A stretch of DNA of 32,000 nucleotides, taken from the NCBI RefSeq assembly GCF_002075285.3, contig NZ_CP021983.2:1980001-2012000 (forward strand), in the 5' to 3' direction. The position numbers and the translations under genes are program-made. The stretch's first letter is position 1; each line of letters opens with the position of its first letter. A model generated the notes under the pieces. It ran no database searches. It was not told the origin of the DNA and saw only the letters and a list, made by a program, of their open reading frames with translations. The stretch is from Halomicronema hongdechloris C2206. Lineage in GTDB: Bacteria > Cyanobacteriota > Cyanobacteriia > Phormidesmidales > Phormidesmidaceae. Positions 23,845 through 32,000 of this stretch are shown one piece after another.

Positions 23845-24047
23845 AGACTCCTGACGGGTGATGGGTCTCCGTCAATCATAACGGCTGAGGTATGAGCGGG
23901 TTGGTGCGATCGCCTAACTCTACGAGAATTGGCTCACCAGTTGCGCGACAGTCAGTTCCAGGTTGGGGAAGAGGCTTGATTCGATCTGGTCAGCTTGATT
24001 TCCTCAGAGGCCAGTCATCTGGATGAATTTTGGCAGTAGATCGGCCC

Positions 24048-25424
24048 TTAGAGGCCACCGAAGAGGTAGCGCAGGATAAAGATTATGGCCAGAATCCACA
24101 TGCCGAGGCTGGTGTCTCGGCCTTTGCCCTGCACCAGTTTCAGTAGGGGATAGGCGATTAGCCCCATGGCCAAGCCCTCGGCGATGGAATAGCTCAGGGG
24201 CATCATCAAGATGGTGAGAAAGCTGGCGATGGCTGCCGCCGGATCGTCCCAGTCGATGTGACGGGCTCCTGACATCATCAATACCCCGACAATCAGCAGG
24301 GCTGGGGCGGTGGCGAAGCTAGGGATGCCAGAGAAAAAGGGGATCAGTAGAATCGAGGCGGCAAACAGCACTGCTGCCACCACGGCCGTTAAGCCACTGC
24401 GGCCGCCAACGGCGATGCCAGAAGCCGACTCGATATAGGTGGTGACGGTGGAGGTGCCTAGCACGGAGCCAGCGGTGGTGCCCACAGCATCGGCCATGAA
24501 GGCTTTCTCCACCTGGGGAAACTTGCCCTCGGCGTCGATATAGCCGGCCTTGGTGCCCAATCCGGTCAGGGTGCCGATGGTATCGAACAGATCGACGAAT
24601 AAGAACACGAAGACGATGCTGACCAATTGCCAAATATTGTTGCGTAATAGCTGCCCCAGGCCGACGAAGGCCTGACCGAATAGGTCAACTGGGGGGGTGG
24701 GAATGGCCCCAACCCCGCCGGGCCAGGGGGCGACGCCGAAAACCCAGGCCAGCAGGGCGGTGGCAATGATGCCCCAGAGCAAGGACCCGGCTACCCGGCG
24801 GGTCACTAGGGCGGCAGTGATGACAATGCCTAGGATGGCGGTGGCGGTGGCCGGTTGCCGCAGGTTACCCAGGGTGGTGAGGGTGGTCTCGGAGGCCACG
24901 ATGATGCCGGCCCCTTTCAGGGCGATGTAGGCGATAAACAGGCCGATGCCGGCGGTGGTGGCATGTTTGATCGGCTCCGGAATGGCGGCGACGATGGCAC
25001 TGCGCAGGTTCGACAGGGTCAGTAGGATGAAAATGATGCCTTCGACAAACACGGCGGCCAGGGCCACCCGCCAGTCGACGCCTAATCCCAAAACCACGGT
25101 GAAGGCGAAGTAGGCGTTGATGCCCATGCCGGGGGCCAGGGCAAAGGGCAGCTTGGCATAGAGGCCCATGATCAGGGTGGCCAGGGCGGCAGCCAGTCCT
25201 GTGGCCATGACCAGCTCGCCAAATAGATCCCGGGGGTCGTTTAAAAAGATGGCGTTGGAGAGGATATCCGGATTAACGACGAGGATATAGGCCATGGTGA
25301 AAAAGGTGGTCACCCCGGCCAGGAGCTCTGTGCGGAGATTGGTATTGAGGGCGGCAAAGTTAAAAAATCGTGCGATCGCACCGTCATTCTCCGGTGTCAA
25401 TGGTGCGTTGATATCATTCGTCAC
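24048..25424 (-). CDS. NCS2-family (AzgA-type) purine permease
   Basis: FFNFAALNTNLRTELLAGVTTFFTMAYILVVNP is a hallmark N-terminus of adenine/guanine/hypoxanthine permeases. About 12-13 hydrophobic segments. Confidence 0.85.
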   Translation of the reverse strand: MTNDINAPLTPENDGAIARFFNFAALNTNLRTELLAGVTTFFTMAYILVVNPDILSNAIFLNDPRDLFGELVMATGLAAALATLIMGLYAKLPFALAPGMGINAYFAFTVVLGLGVDWRVALAAVFVEGIIFILLTLSNLRSAIVAAIPEPIKHATTAGIGLFIAYIALKGAGIIVASETTLTTLGNLRQPATATAILGIVITAALVTRRVAGSLLWGIIATALLAWVFGVAPWPGGVGAIPTPPVDLFGQAFVGLGQLLRNNIWQLVSIVFVFLFVDLFDTIGTLTGLGTKAGYIDAEGKFPQVEKAFMADAVGTTAGSVLGTSTVTTYIESASGIAVGGRSGLTAVVAAVLFAASILLIPFFSGIPSFATAPALLIVGVLMMSGARHIDWDDPAAAIASFLTILMMPLSYSIAEGLAMGLIAYPLLKLVQGKGRDTSLGMWILAIIFILRYLFGGL

Positions 25425-25448
25425 AGGTGGTTACCCCTTTAGCACTCT

Positions 25449-26438
25449 ATGCCGTCTATGCCGTCAATTACCTACAGCCCAGCCTATACGCTGGTTCCCA
25501 CCTACGAATGTTTCAATCGCTGCAGTTACTGTAATTTTCGCGTCGATCCAGGGCAGGACCCCTGGCTATCGCTGGCTCAGGCCCGGCAGCGGCTGGCCCC
25601 ATTATCCGACGCCGTGAGTGAAATTCTCATCCTCAGTGGCGAAGTTCACCCCCACAGTCCCCGCCGGGCTGCCTGGGTGCAGCACCTCTATGATCTGGGC
25701 CGCCTGGCCCTAGACATGGGCTTTTTACCCCACACCAATGCCGGTCCCCTCAGCCGGGCCGAGATGGCCTACCTGCAGCAGGTGAATGTGTCCATGGGGC
25801 TGATGCTAGAGCAGATGACGCCTGCCCTGCAGCAGACCGTCCATCGCCATGCCCCCAGCAAAGCACCACAACAACGCCTGCAGCAGCTGCAGTGGGCCGG
25901 GGAGCTGGGCATTCCCTTTACCACAGGCTTGCTGCTGGGTATCGGGGAAACCGAGCAGGATTGGCTGGACACCCTAGATGCGATCGCACAGGTACACCAG
26001 CGCTGGGGCCACATCCAAGAAGTGATTCTACAACCCCATCAGCCGGGTCAGGGTCAGGCCTGGGCCGGGCCTGCCTTTCCTGCCCAGCGGTTAGTCACGG
26101 CCATTCACCTGGCCCGGCAGCGACTGCCTGCAGACATTACCCTGCAAATTCCCCCCAACCTAGTCGATACCGATCAAACCCTATGGGCCTGCTTAGAGGC
26201 AGGGGCACGGGACCTGGGCGGCATCAGCCCCATCGACGAAGTCAACCCAGACTATCCCCATCCCAGCCACCAGCAGCTGGCCCATCGCCTCCGCGGCGGC
26301 GGTTGGCCACTGGTGCCGCGACTGCCCATTTACCCGCATTACGACAACTGGGTAGCACCAGCTTTACAAACAGCCGTACAAACCTGGCGCCATCGCCTAT
26401 CCCTTCAAGAGACTCAAAATCCGATCGACGTTATCTAA
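25449..26438 (+). CDS. cofG: radical-SAM FO synthase subunit 1 (7,8-didemethyl-8-hydroxy-5-deazariboflavin synthase CofG)
   Basis: ITYSPAYTLVPTYECFNRCSYCNFR (CxxxCxxC cluster with the CofG-type context), SGE, and NAGPLSRAEM..LQQVNVSMGLMLE. About 330 aa, as expected for CofG. Confidence 0.75.
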   Translation: MPSMPSITYSPAYTLVPTYECFNRCSYCNFRVDPGQDPWLSLAQARQRLAPLSDAVSEILILSGEVHPHSPRRAAWVQHLYDLGRLALDMGFLPHTNAGPLSRAEMAYLQQVNVSMGLMLEQMTPALQQTVHRHAPSKAPQQRLQQLQWAGELGIPFTTGLLLGIGETEQDWLDTLDAIAQVHQRWGHIQEVILQPHQPGQGQAWAGPAFPAQRLVTAIHLARQRLPADITLQIPPNLVDTDQTLWACLEAGARDLGGISPIDEVNPDYPHPSHQQLAHRLRGGGWPLVPRLPIYPHYDNWVAPALQTAVQTWRHRLSLQETQNPIDVI

Positions 26439-27128
26439 ATCTCCGACCAGTCGCCGCGCCGGGTAGGGCCAGACCCGCACCAGCGTAGGTGTGGCTGATA
26501 CCTGATCCGTTTCGGCCTGCTCTGGATGCTTATACACATCCACCACTTTCAATGTGTAGGGCTGCTGCAGATACTGATCGAGGGTGGCCTGCAGGGCCGT
26601 CAAAATATACTCAGTGGTACTGGTATAGCCCGCTACGAAAAGCCGCAACACATAGCCAGTGGGAGAGTCGCCAAACGTAGCGGTGGGCGTCTCGGTCGCG
26701 GGTTCTGCCGTAGTCGAGGTAGGCACCTGCAACACCAGATCATGATATTGCCACAACTGGGGAGACTGCTGGCGGTAGTTCCCTAAGACACTGGTGCTAC
26801 AGCCTGCCACCACCGAATACACGGGTTGCCAAGATAGAGCATCTAGATCGAAGACCGTATTGAGCAATGCCTGATAGCGCATCACCCGGGGATAGGCCTC
26901 GGCAACCAATTGCCACTGCCCCGTGGTCGGATCCTGCCAAGACTCCACTGTAGCGGTGTAGCACGGCAGCAAAAACTCGGGGGATGTCGGCAGCGCCAGA
27001 CGAGCTTGCAGGGTGGCACAGAGATCTCGATGCCAGCGGGCCTGCTTATGGGGAGCAATACAGTAAACCAAATCACCCCCCGGCGTAAACAGGGCAATCC
27101 CCTTGAATTCTTCGGCAGACCTGCTCAT
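26397..27128 (-). CDS. KaiB-domain protein with ~150-aa N-terminal extension (long KaiB-like)
   Basis: The C-terminal YVLRLFVAGYTSTTEYILTALQATLDQYLQQPYTLKVVDVYKHPEQAETDQVSATPTLVRVWPYPARRLVGDL matches the KaiB thioredoxin-like core. The N-terminal domain is unassigned. Confidence 0.7.
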   Translation of the reverse strand: MSRSAEEFKGIALFTPGGDLVYCIAPHKQARWHRDLCATLQARLALPTSPEFLLPCYTATVESWQDPTTGQWQLVAEAYPRVMRYQALLNTVFDLDALSWQPVYSVVAGCSTSVLGNYRQQSPQLWQYHDLVLQVPTSTTAEPATETPTATFGDSPTGYVLRLFVAGYTSTTEYILTALQATLDQYLQQPYTLKVVDVYKHPEQAETDQVSATPTLVRVWPYPARRLVGDLDNVDRILSLLKG

Positions 27129-27289
27129 GGCAGAGAACAGGGAACAACTAGAGGGGGAGGCCAGCCTAAGTCAGGCTCGGAAGCATTGGCACCGCTCTCC
27201 ATCGGCCCTAGTCCCCTGCCAGAGGCCATGTTCCAGCCCAGTATCAGCGTTGTTCTCAGATCAAGCATCGGGTCTGGACTCAGATGGGG

Positions 27290-28504
27290 CTAAATGCGTC
27301 CCCGCAGCATCTGGGCCATTTCGTTCTGCTTGGGCGACATGTCTAGGGCCACCTCCTCGGTGATGCGTCCGGCTTCGTAGAGGGCGTAGAGCGATTGATT
27401 CATGGTCTTCATGCCATCGAAGGTGCACTTAGGAATCAATGCGTCCACCTCATCTAGCTGTCCCCGTAGGATGTAGTCCCTAATGGCATCGGTGTTGATC
27501 AAGATATCGTGGAAGGCAGCCCGCTTACCATCGGTCGTGCGGCATAGTCCTTGAGAGATGACGGCAACTAAGGATTCGGCCAAGGCGACTCGCATCGGTG
27601 CCTGCTCGGTCGGATCGTACATATTCAGGATCCGCTCCACGGTTTTGACCGCACTGTTGGTGTGTAGGGTTCCCATCACCAGGTGACCGGTCTGGGCCGC
27701 CTTCAGGGAGGTTTCTACGGTTTCTCGATCCCGCAGCTCACCAATCAAGATGACATCGGGGTCTTCCCGCAGCGAGGCCCGCAGCGCCACTTCAAATCTC
27801 AGGGTGTTGATGCCGACTTCCCGTTGCTTGATCAGGGACCGCTTACTGCGGTGCACAAATTCGATCGGGTCTTCAATGGTGATGATGTTGCGGGCCATCT
27901 CGGTATTGATGTAGTCGATCATGGCCGCCAAGGTGGTGGATTTACCCGACCCCGTCGGCCCGGTCACCAAAATCAACCCCTTCTGGTAGTGGCAGACATC
28001 TTTAAAGACAGGGTCGAAATTGAGCTGATCTAGGGTCAAAACCTTCACCGGGATCAGCCGTAAGACCATGGCCGGTCCCCGCAGGCTACCGAAGATGTTA
28101 ACCCGGACCCGGGAGAAGTCGTATTGGGCCGCCCCGTCGTAGTCGAGAGTTTGCTTAAAGTCCTGGATTTCATCTGGCCGCAGAATTTCAGACAGCCAAC
28201 TGTAGAAGGTGTCTTCATCGGTCACCGGATAGTCGGTAATCACCATCTCGCCCCGGTCTCGAAATCGCGGCACTTCGCCGACGCCTAGGTGAACGTCAGA
28301 AAAGCCACGGTCGAAGGCTTCCCGGACAATTTTTTCTAAGGTAAGCCCTCCCCCGACTTTGACGCCGCCAGCAGAGGTTGGCATCGGGGGCGGAGTTACC
28401 GGGCGGTTACCTGCAGCTGTCTGGGCTGGAGGCTGAGCTGCCCGGGGGGGTGGGGGCGGTGGGGGAACTCGCGAGGGGGTCGGGGGACGTTTGGACTCAG
28501 TCAT
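27290..28504 (-). CDS. pilT: type IV pilus retraction ATPase, PilT family, with Pro-rich N-terminal extension
   Basis: Walker A VTGPTGSGKSTTLAAMI, Asp box, Walker B DVILIGELRD, His box GHLVMGTLHTNSA, and the PilT-type AIRDYILRG motif. Confidence 0.85.
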   Translation of the reverse strand: MTESKRPPTPSRVPPPPPPPRAAQPPAQTAAGNRPVTPPPMPTSAGGVKVGGGLTLEKIVREAFDRGFSDVHLGVGEVPRFRDRGEMVITDYPVTDEDTFYSWLSEILRPDEIQDFKQTLDYDGAAQYDFSRVRVNIFGSLRGPAMVLRLIPVKVLTLDQLNFDPVFKDVCHYQKGLILVTGPTGSGKSTTLAAMIDYINTEMARNIITIEDPIEFVHRSKRSLIKQREVGINTLRFEVALRASLREDPDVILIGELRDRETVETSLKAAQTGHLVMGTLHTNSAVKTVERILNMYDPTEQAPMRVALAESLVAVISQGLCRTTDGKRAAFHDILINTDAIRDYILRGQLDEVDALIPKCTFDGMKTMNQSLYALYEAGRITEEVALDMSPKQNEMAQMLRGRI

Positions 28505-28718
28505 GGCAACTTACCTGACACATTACGGTGTACGGCACAGGAGTGTATGGAGTACTGTCCTCAATCATCCACAGTTTCGCTAAAACTGCAAGCAGAGACC
28601 ACAGTACCCTAAGCATCTAAGCAGCGTCGAATCTCCGCTAGGTGAGGCTGAACACAGTCGTAGCCCTACTCGATCAGGGCATCTGGCCCCACCGCTACCG
28701 AGAGCTAATCCGATGGCT

Positions 28719-29600
28719 TTAGACATGGGGAGTCTGACTGAGTTGATCTTGGACAGGGAGATGGGGATAGGGTAGCTTTTCTTGGGCAAAGGCCTGTTTG
28801 GCCCGTCGGATCAGATCGGTGCGATAGGCGGGTTCATCCCGAGCATCCATGGGATAGGCTTTCAGGCGGAAGTGAGTGCCCCAGGGTTTTTCTTCCACGA
28901 CGACGGTAACGGGCAATTTTAGCTGGGTATATCTGCTGCTGTAGGCTGCTTCGTACAAAATCTGCAATACGGTTTCCATGTCGACGTGATGGTCGAAGTA
29001 GAAGTCGGTGGCCACTTGGGCTTCCAGATGGCCGCTGTTGGCGTTGGAGATGGCTTCGGTCCAGGTTTTGCTGTGGGGAATGGTGACGGTGTTGTCGTCG
29101 AAGGTCTGCAGGCGAATGCCCCGCAGCCCGTAGCTGACGACTTCGCCGTAGTGATCGCCAATGGTGACTCGGTCGCCGACCCGGTAGGGGGCTTCGAAGA
29201 GGGCGACGGTGCCGGCGATGACGGAGGTGACGTAGTCTTTGAAGGCGAAGCCCAGGGCCACGGCCATGGTGCCGGTCAGGGCCAGGAGATTTTGCTGCGA
29301 GAGATTGACAAAGAGGTTCACTAGATAGGCGATGACTGTCAGGAGAATCAACCCTTTGAGAAAGGGTAGGGATTGTTTGGTCAGCAGCCGATAGCGGCGG
29401 GGCACTCGCTCTGAGATCCAATTGGTGGCGTGTTGAATGCCCCACACCAGTAGCCAGGCGATGGCGATGGCCACCAAGGCTTTGAAGAGGTTGTGGGCGG
29501 TGAAGTCGTCGACTAGGGTCTGGAGGGTTTCGGGGTCACCGGCTTGGGCGACGGGGCCTCGGAGTTGGGATAGTCCAGGCGGTTGCAGGAGGCTGGCCAT
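28719..29600 (-). CDS. small-conductance mechanosensitive channel (MscS family)
   Basis: Three N-terminal TM helices, then the pore helix and beta domain: LLALTGTMAVALGFAFKDYVTSVIAGTVALFEAPYRVGDRVTIGDHYGEVVSYGLRGIRLQTFDDNTVTIPHSK. Confidence 0.85.
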   Translation of the reverse strand: MASLLQPPGLSQLRGPVAQAGDPETLQTLVDDFTAHNLFKALVAIAIAWLLVWGIQHATNWISERVPRRYRLLTKQSLPFLKGLILLTVIAYLVNLFVNLSQQNLLALTGTMAVALGFAFKDYVTSVIAGTVALFEAPYRVGDRVTIGDHYGEVVSYGLRGIRLQTFDDNTVTIPHSKTWTEAISNANSGHLEAQVATDFYFDHHVDMETVLQILYEAAYSSRYTQLKLPVTVVVEEKPWGTHFRLKAYPMDARDEPAYRTDLIRRAKQAFAQEKLPYPHLPVQDQLSQTPHV

Positions 29601-29601
29601 A

Positions 29602-30846
29602 TCAATCGTCTCCCACCAAAAAGGTGTTCTGGCTGAGCTCGCTGCGCAGGCGAGGATAGTGGGCCGGAGCGATGCTCAGCCAATCTCGCTCTTGCTGGAT
29701 AATGCCGGCCCGTCGCAGCTGGTGGATGTGCGATCGCACCACCCCCACCGCCTCGCCCAAGCTATCTACTAGTTGGGGGCGACTCATGCCCCCATGCAGC
29801 AACAAAGACTGTAGCAGGTAATGCTCCGCTGCCGAGAGGCTGGGGAGGTTGGGCAGCACTGGTGTGGTCAAATGCAGAGGCACCGTTGGTGGCCGCAGAT
29901 CGGGTTGCTCCTGCTGTTCATCTGGTAGATCTGCGGCCTTAACCCGCAGGCTTTTCTGCCACAGTGCCAGGGCAATGGCGCTACTGATCCCCACCCCCGC
30001 CAAGTTGCTCCAGTAGGAATCGGGAATCACCGGGGCGGCTGCATCGTCAGCAGTAGGCACCAGCAGTGGTTGCAGCCACCGCTCTAGAGACTCTGCCGAG
30101 AGTGGTGGCAGGGAAATCACCGGATTGAAATAGGCACCGATACTGCAGACTCGGTCTAGGAAGGCCCAGGCCCAGGTGTTACAGCCGATCAACCAAAAGT
30201 AGTTTCCCGACTGACCCACGGCGTCCCGTAGCCACTCGATGCTACGCCAGCCTCGGATACAGCGCAGAAATCCCTGATGCAGCTGGGGAATGACGACCAG
30301 GGTATGGCGGCGATCTAGCGGCGAGGTCTTGGTTTCTTCCTGAGCTGCGGCCGCGGCGGAGCGCTTCACCAGGGCCGCTTGAATCGGTTGAGCTATGCCA
30401 TACTCGCGATTGGGTCGCCGTGACCAGGAAATGGGATGCATCACCTGCTCCACCGGTGAAGCCCAATCCTGAAAACAGGCGTGGAAAACGCTCTCCAGGT
30501 TTTCGATGGGACTGCCCAAGACCACCAGGCTGTTGGCAGCATCTGGATGGCGTTGCCATCGCTCAACGGCCTCGGTGAGGGCCTGACGGATGGCATCCAC
30601 ATAGTCGGTGGGGCAGCCTAGGGATTGGGTCGCCTGCTGGATTTCCAGCGTCCAGGCAGGCGGTAGCCCGTGGAGTGCTTCGTCAGGCGGGGTAGGATGC
30701 GCCTCGGAAAACCAAGAGATGAGGCGATTGTAGGCGGAGCGAACCTGAATGCTGGCCATGCTCAGTTGCCGGGGTTTTTCCCACTGTACGCTCTGGTGTC
30801 CTGTTAGGGTATGGGCTGTCGCCGAATCGCCTAGAACGGCAGTCAT
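29602..30846 (-). CDS. hypothetical protein with C-terminal winged-helix-like domain, translationally coupled to the MscS gene
   Basis: Intact 414-codon ORF whose stop is 1 nt from the MscS ATG. The C-terminal MSRPQLVDSLGEAVGVVRSHIHQLRRAGIIQQ resembles a MarR/wHTH recognition unit. The central region has P-loop-NTPase-like strand patterns (LVVLGSP.., TLVVIPQ) but no GKS/T Walker A. Confidence 0.5.
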   Translation of the reverse strand: MTAVLGDSATAHTLTGHQSVQWEKPRQLSMASIQVRSAYNRLISWFSEAHPTPPDEALHGLPPAWTLEIQQATQSLGCPTDYVDAIRQALTEAVERWQRHPDAANSLVVLGSPIENLESVFHACFQDWASPVEQVMHPISWSRRPNREYGIAQPIQAALVKRSAAAAAQEETKTSPLDRRHTLVVIPQLHQGFLRCIRGWRSIEWLRDAVGQSGNYFWLIGCNTWAWAFLDRVCSIGAYFNPVISLPPLSAESLERWLQPLLVPTADDAAAPVIPDSYWSNLAGVGISSAIALALWQKSLRVKAADLPDEQQEQPDLRPPTVPLHLTTPVLPNLPSLSAAEHYLLQSLLLHGGMSRPQLVDSLGEAVGVVRSHIHQLRRAGIIQQERDWLSIAPAHYPRLRSELSQNTFLVGDD

Positions 30847-31357
30847 CTGAGATGCCTTTGCGGCCCGATCAGACGTAGCCAGCGGTCTCGCGACGGCAGT
30901 AAGTTTACAAATCCAAAGATTGCTTAATAGAAGTCGGAATATCCGACATCAAAGTCATCATTGGTCGTTAGAAGTCTTAACCGATGTTCATTGCATATTT
31001 GTCCGGATACTCCTATGCTCGGGAAAGCGGCGATTTTCCGAGAAAATTTATCCTTATTAGCAAATATAGCTCGGTTTTAGGTGTTCCTTGTCCATAGGCT
31101 AATCTGGCAGGCTGATCCTGTCTGGCACCACCTTTTTGAGGCGGTTCATAAGGGATTCGCGTCAAGATAAAGTACCCATCGAGGAGATAGCAGGTGATGG
31201 GGTGTTTTTTAGGCACAACTCCCTAAGTTCTCAGGTGGAGGCTATTCACCATGTGCTAGGTCACCTGCTGGCGCTTGGGCTAGAGGCCGTTCTGATCGCA
31301 TTTCAGTAGGTCTGTGGCTGTCCACAAATCAAAGTATTCCTTCGGCAATAAGGTTTA

Positions 31358-31417
31358 TGGACAGCATTCATAGACATCATTTATAGACATCATTTGTAGA
31401 CATCATAGGGACATCAA
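31358..31417 (+). repeat. tandem 13-nt iteron-like repeats (TAGACATCATTTR, 3 good copies plus 2 degenerate)
   Basis: TGGACAGCATTCA / TAGACATCATTTA / TAGACATCATTTG / TAGACATCATAGG / GACATCAAG, read directly. Confidence 0.85.
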
Positions 31418-31636
31418 GCTATGGCGGGACCCTGCCATGGGCTGGCTACTGGTGAGTCAGTTTAGGCCAGGTCAATTGCCTGTTAGCAATGAAGGTTTTT
31501 TTATGCAGTCAACAGGCCATCAGAGGCTCGCAGTTTCCTGGTTGCGATGGCGATGATGGCCCGGTAATGCTGACAAAAACAAGTCAGTGAATCAGCAAGT
31601 GTATTAACCCTGCGGCACTAATTTTAGGGGCATCTT

Positions 31637-32000
31637 ATGGTTACCATTCCCATCTATGAGGATTTGTCCATTGGTCTGGAGGGAACGCAGGGTCAGAGTG
31701 GTGTGGCCATTACGGGGTTGCAGTTAGCGGCGATATCGGTGCCCCTGCCGCAGGTGGCTAGGGTTACGATTCCCCAGAAATTCTTTCTGTCTGAGGCTGA
31801 TCGGCTGCGGCTGCGGCCAGCCGATGAAGTCCTTAACCAGACCTTTGAGTTCCCGGCTAGGGAGCTGCGCTTAGATGGGGTGCAAGTTGCGATCGCATGG
31901 AACAGCCTGCGGCTGCAACTGCGGCTACCGATTACCGGCGCCCCAACCCTACGCCTAGACCTCGTTGGCCTCGCCCTCAGTACTCCCCTAGTCCCCGGCT
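31637..32000 (+). CDS. hypothetical protein, N-terminal 121 codons (3' end outside window)
   Basis: ATG at 31637 preceded by AGGGG 7 nt upstream. My translation (MVTIPIYEDLSIGLEGTQGQSGVAITGLQLAAISVPLPQV...LVGLALSTPLVPG) has no stop to the window end. It is absent from the ORF track presumably because it has no stop. Confidence 0.45.
   Translation, partial: MVTIPIYEDLSIGLEGTQGQSGVAITGLQLAAISVPLPQVARVTIPQKFFLSEADRLRLRPADEVLNQTFEFPARELRLDGVQVAIAWNSLRLQLRLPITGAPTLRLDLVGLALSTPLVPG

Noticed and set aside
13349-23900. Precise island boundaries defined by an attL/attR direct repeat of the tRNA-Arg 3' end, plus an integrase.
   Set aside because: I found no integrase-like ORF and no second copy of the tRNA 3' segment (GTTCGAATCGCGCCAGTCCC) by eye. 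The boundaries therefore remain inferred from gene content only.
31013-31216. 67-aa minus-strand ORF (MPKKHPITCYLLDGYFIL...) in the long intergenic region.
   Set aside because: It has no motif and no obvious ribosome-binding context, it is low-complexity, and it sits in AT-rich non-coding-looking DNA. I treat it as spurious, though a small protein cannot be excluded.

Overview
This is a cyanobacterial chromosomal segment: it carries psbA/D1, a Tic20-like protein, CofG, a KaiB-domain protein and an SLH protein, plus at least 15 copies of the HIP1 octamer GCGATCGC. About 1-13.2 kb and 24-32 kb look like ordinary core genes. An accessory patch runs from a tRNA-Arg(CCU) gene (13275-13348) to about 23.9 kb. 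It contains: (1) four type II toxin-antitoxin modules in different states of decay that share repeated upstream and 5' coding modules; (2) an IS630-family element whose transposase is one reading frame broken by a single amber codon; (3) a uracil-DNA-glycosylase-like gene remnant; (4) an ISL3 element with perfect 8-bp target duplications and an A_AAA_AAG frameshift site; (5) an ISKra4-like transposase remnant; (6) a nest of AATTCAAA-octamer repeats arranged as repeat-cassette-repeat-cassette-repeat, carrying a RAYT 5' fragment and a four-helix-bundle (23S IVS/Avd-like) gene; (7) a tightly coupled two-gene operon (21410-23844, minus strand) encoding a small acidic protein and a membrane-anchored orthocaspase fused to a GUN4 porphyrin-binding domain. 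The operon is my best candidate for an uncharacterised conflict or cell-death system. The repeat-bounded cassette array and the modular antitoxins come next. All family assignments rest on motif recognition by eye; no database search was possible.
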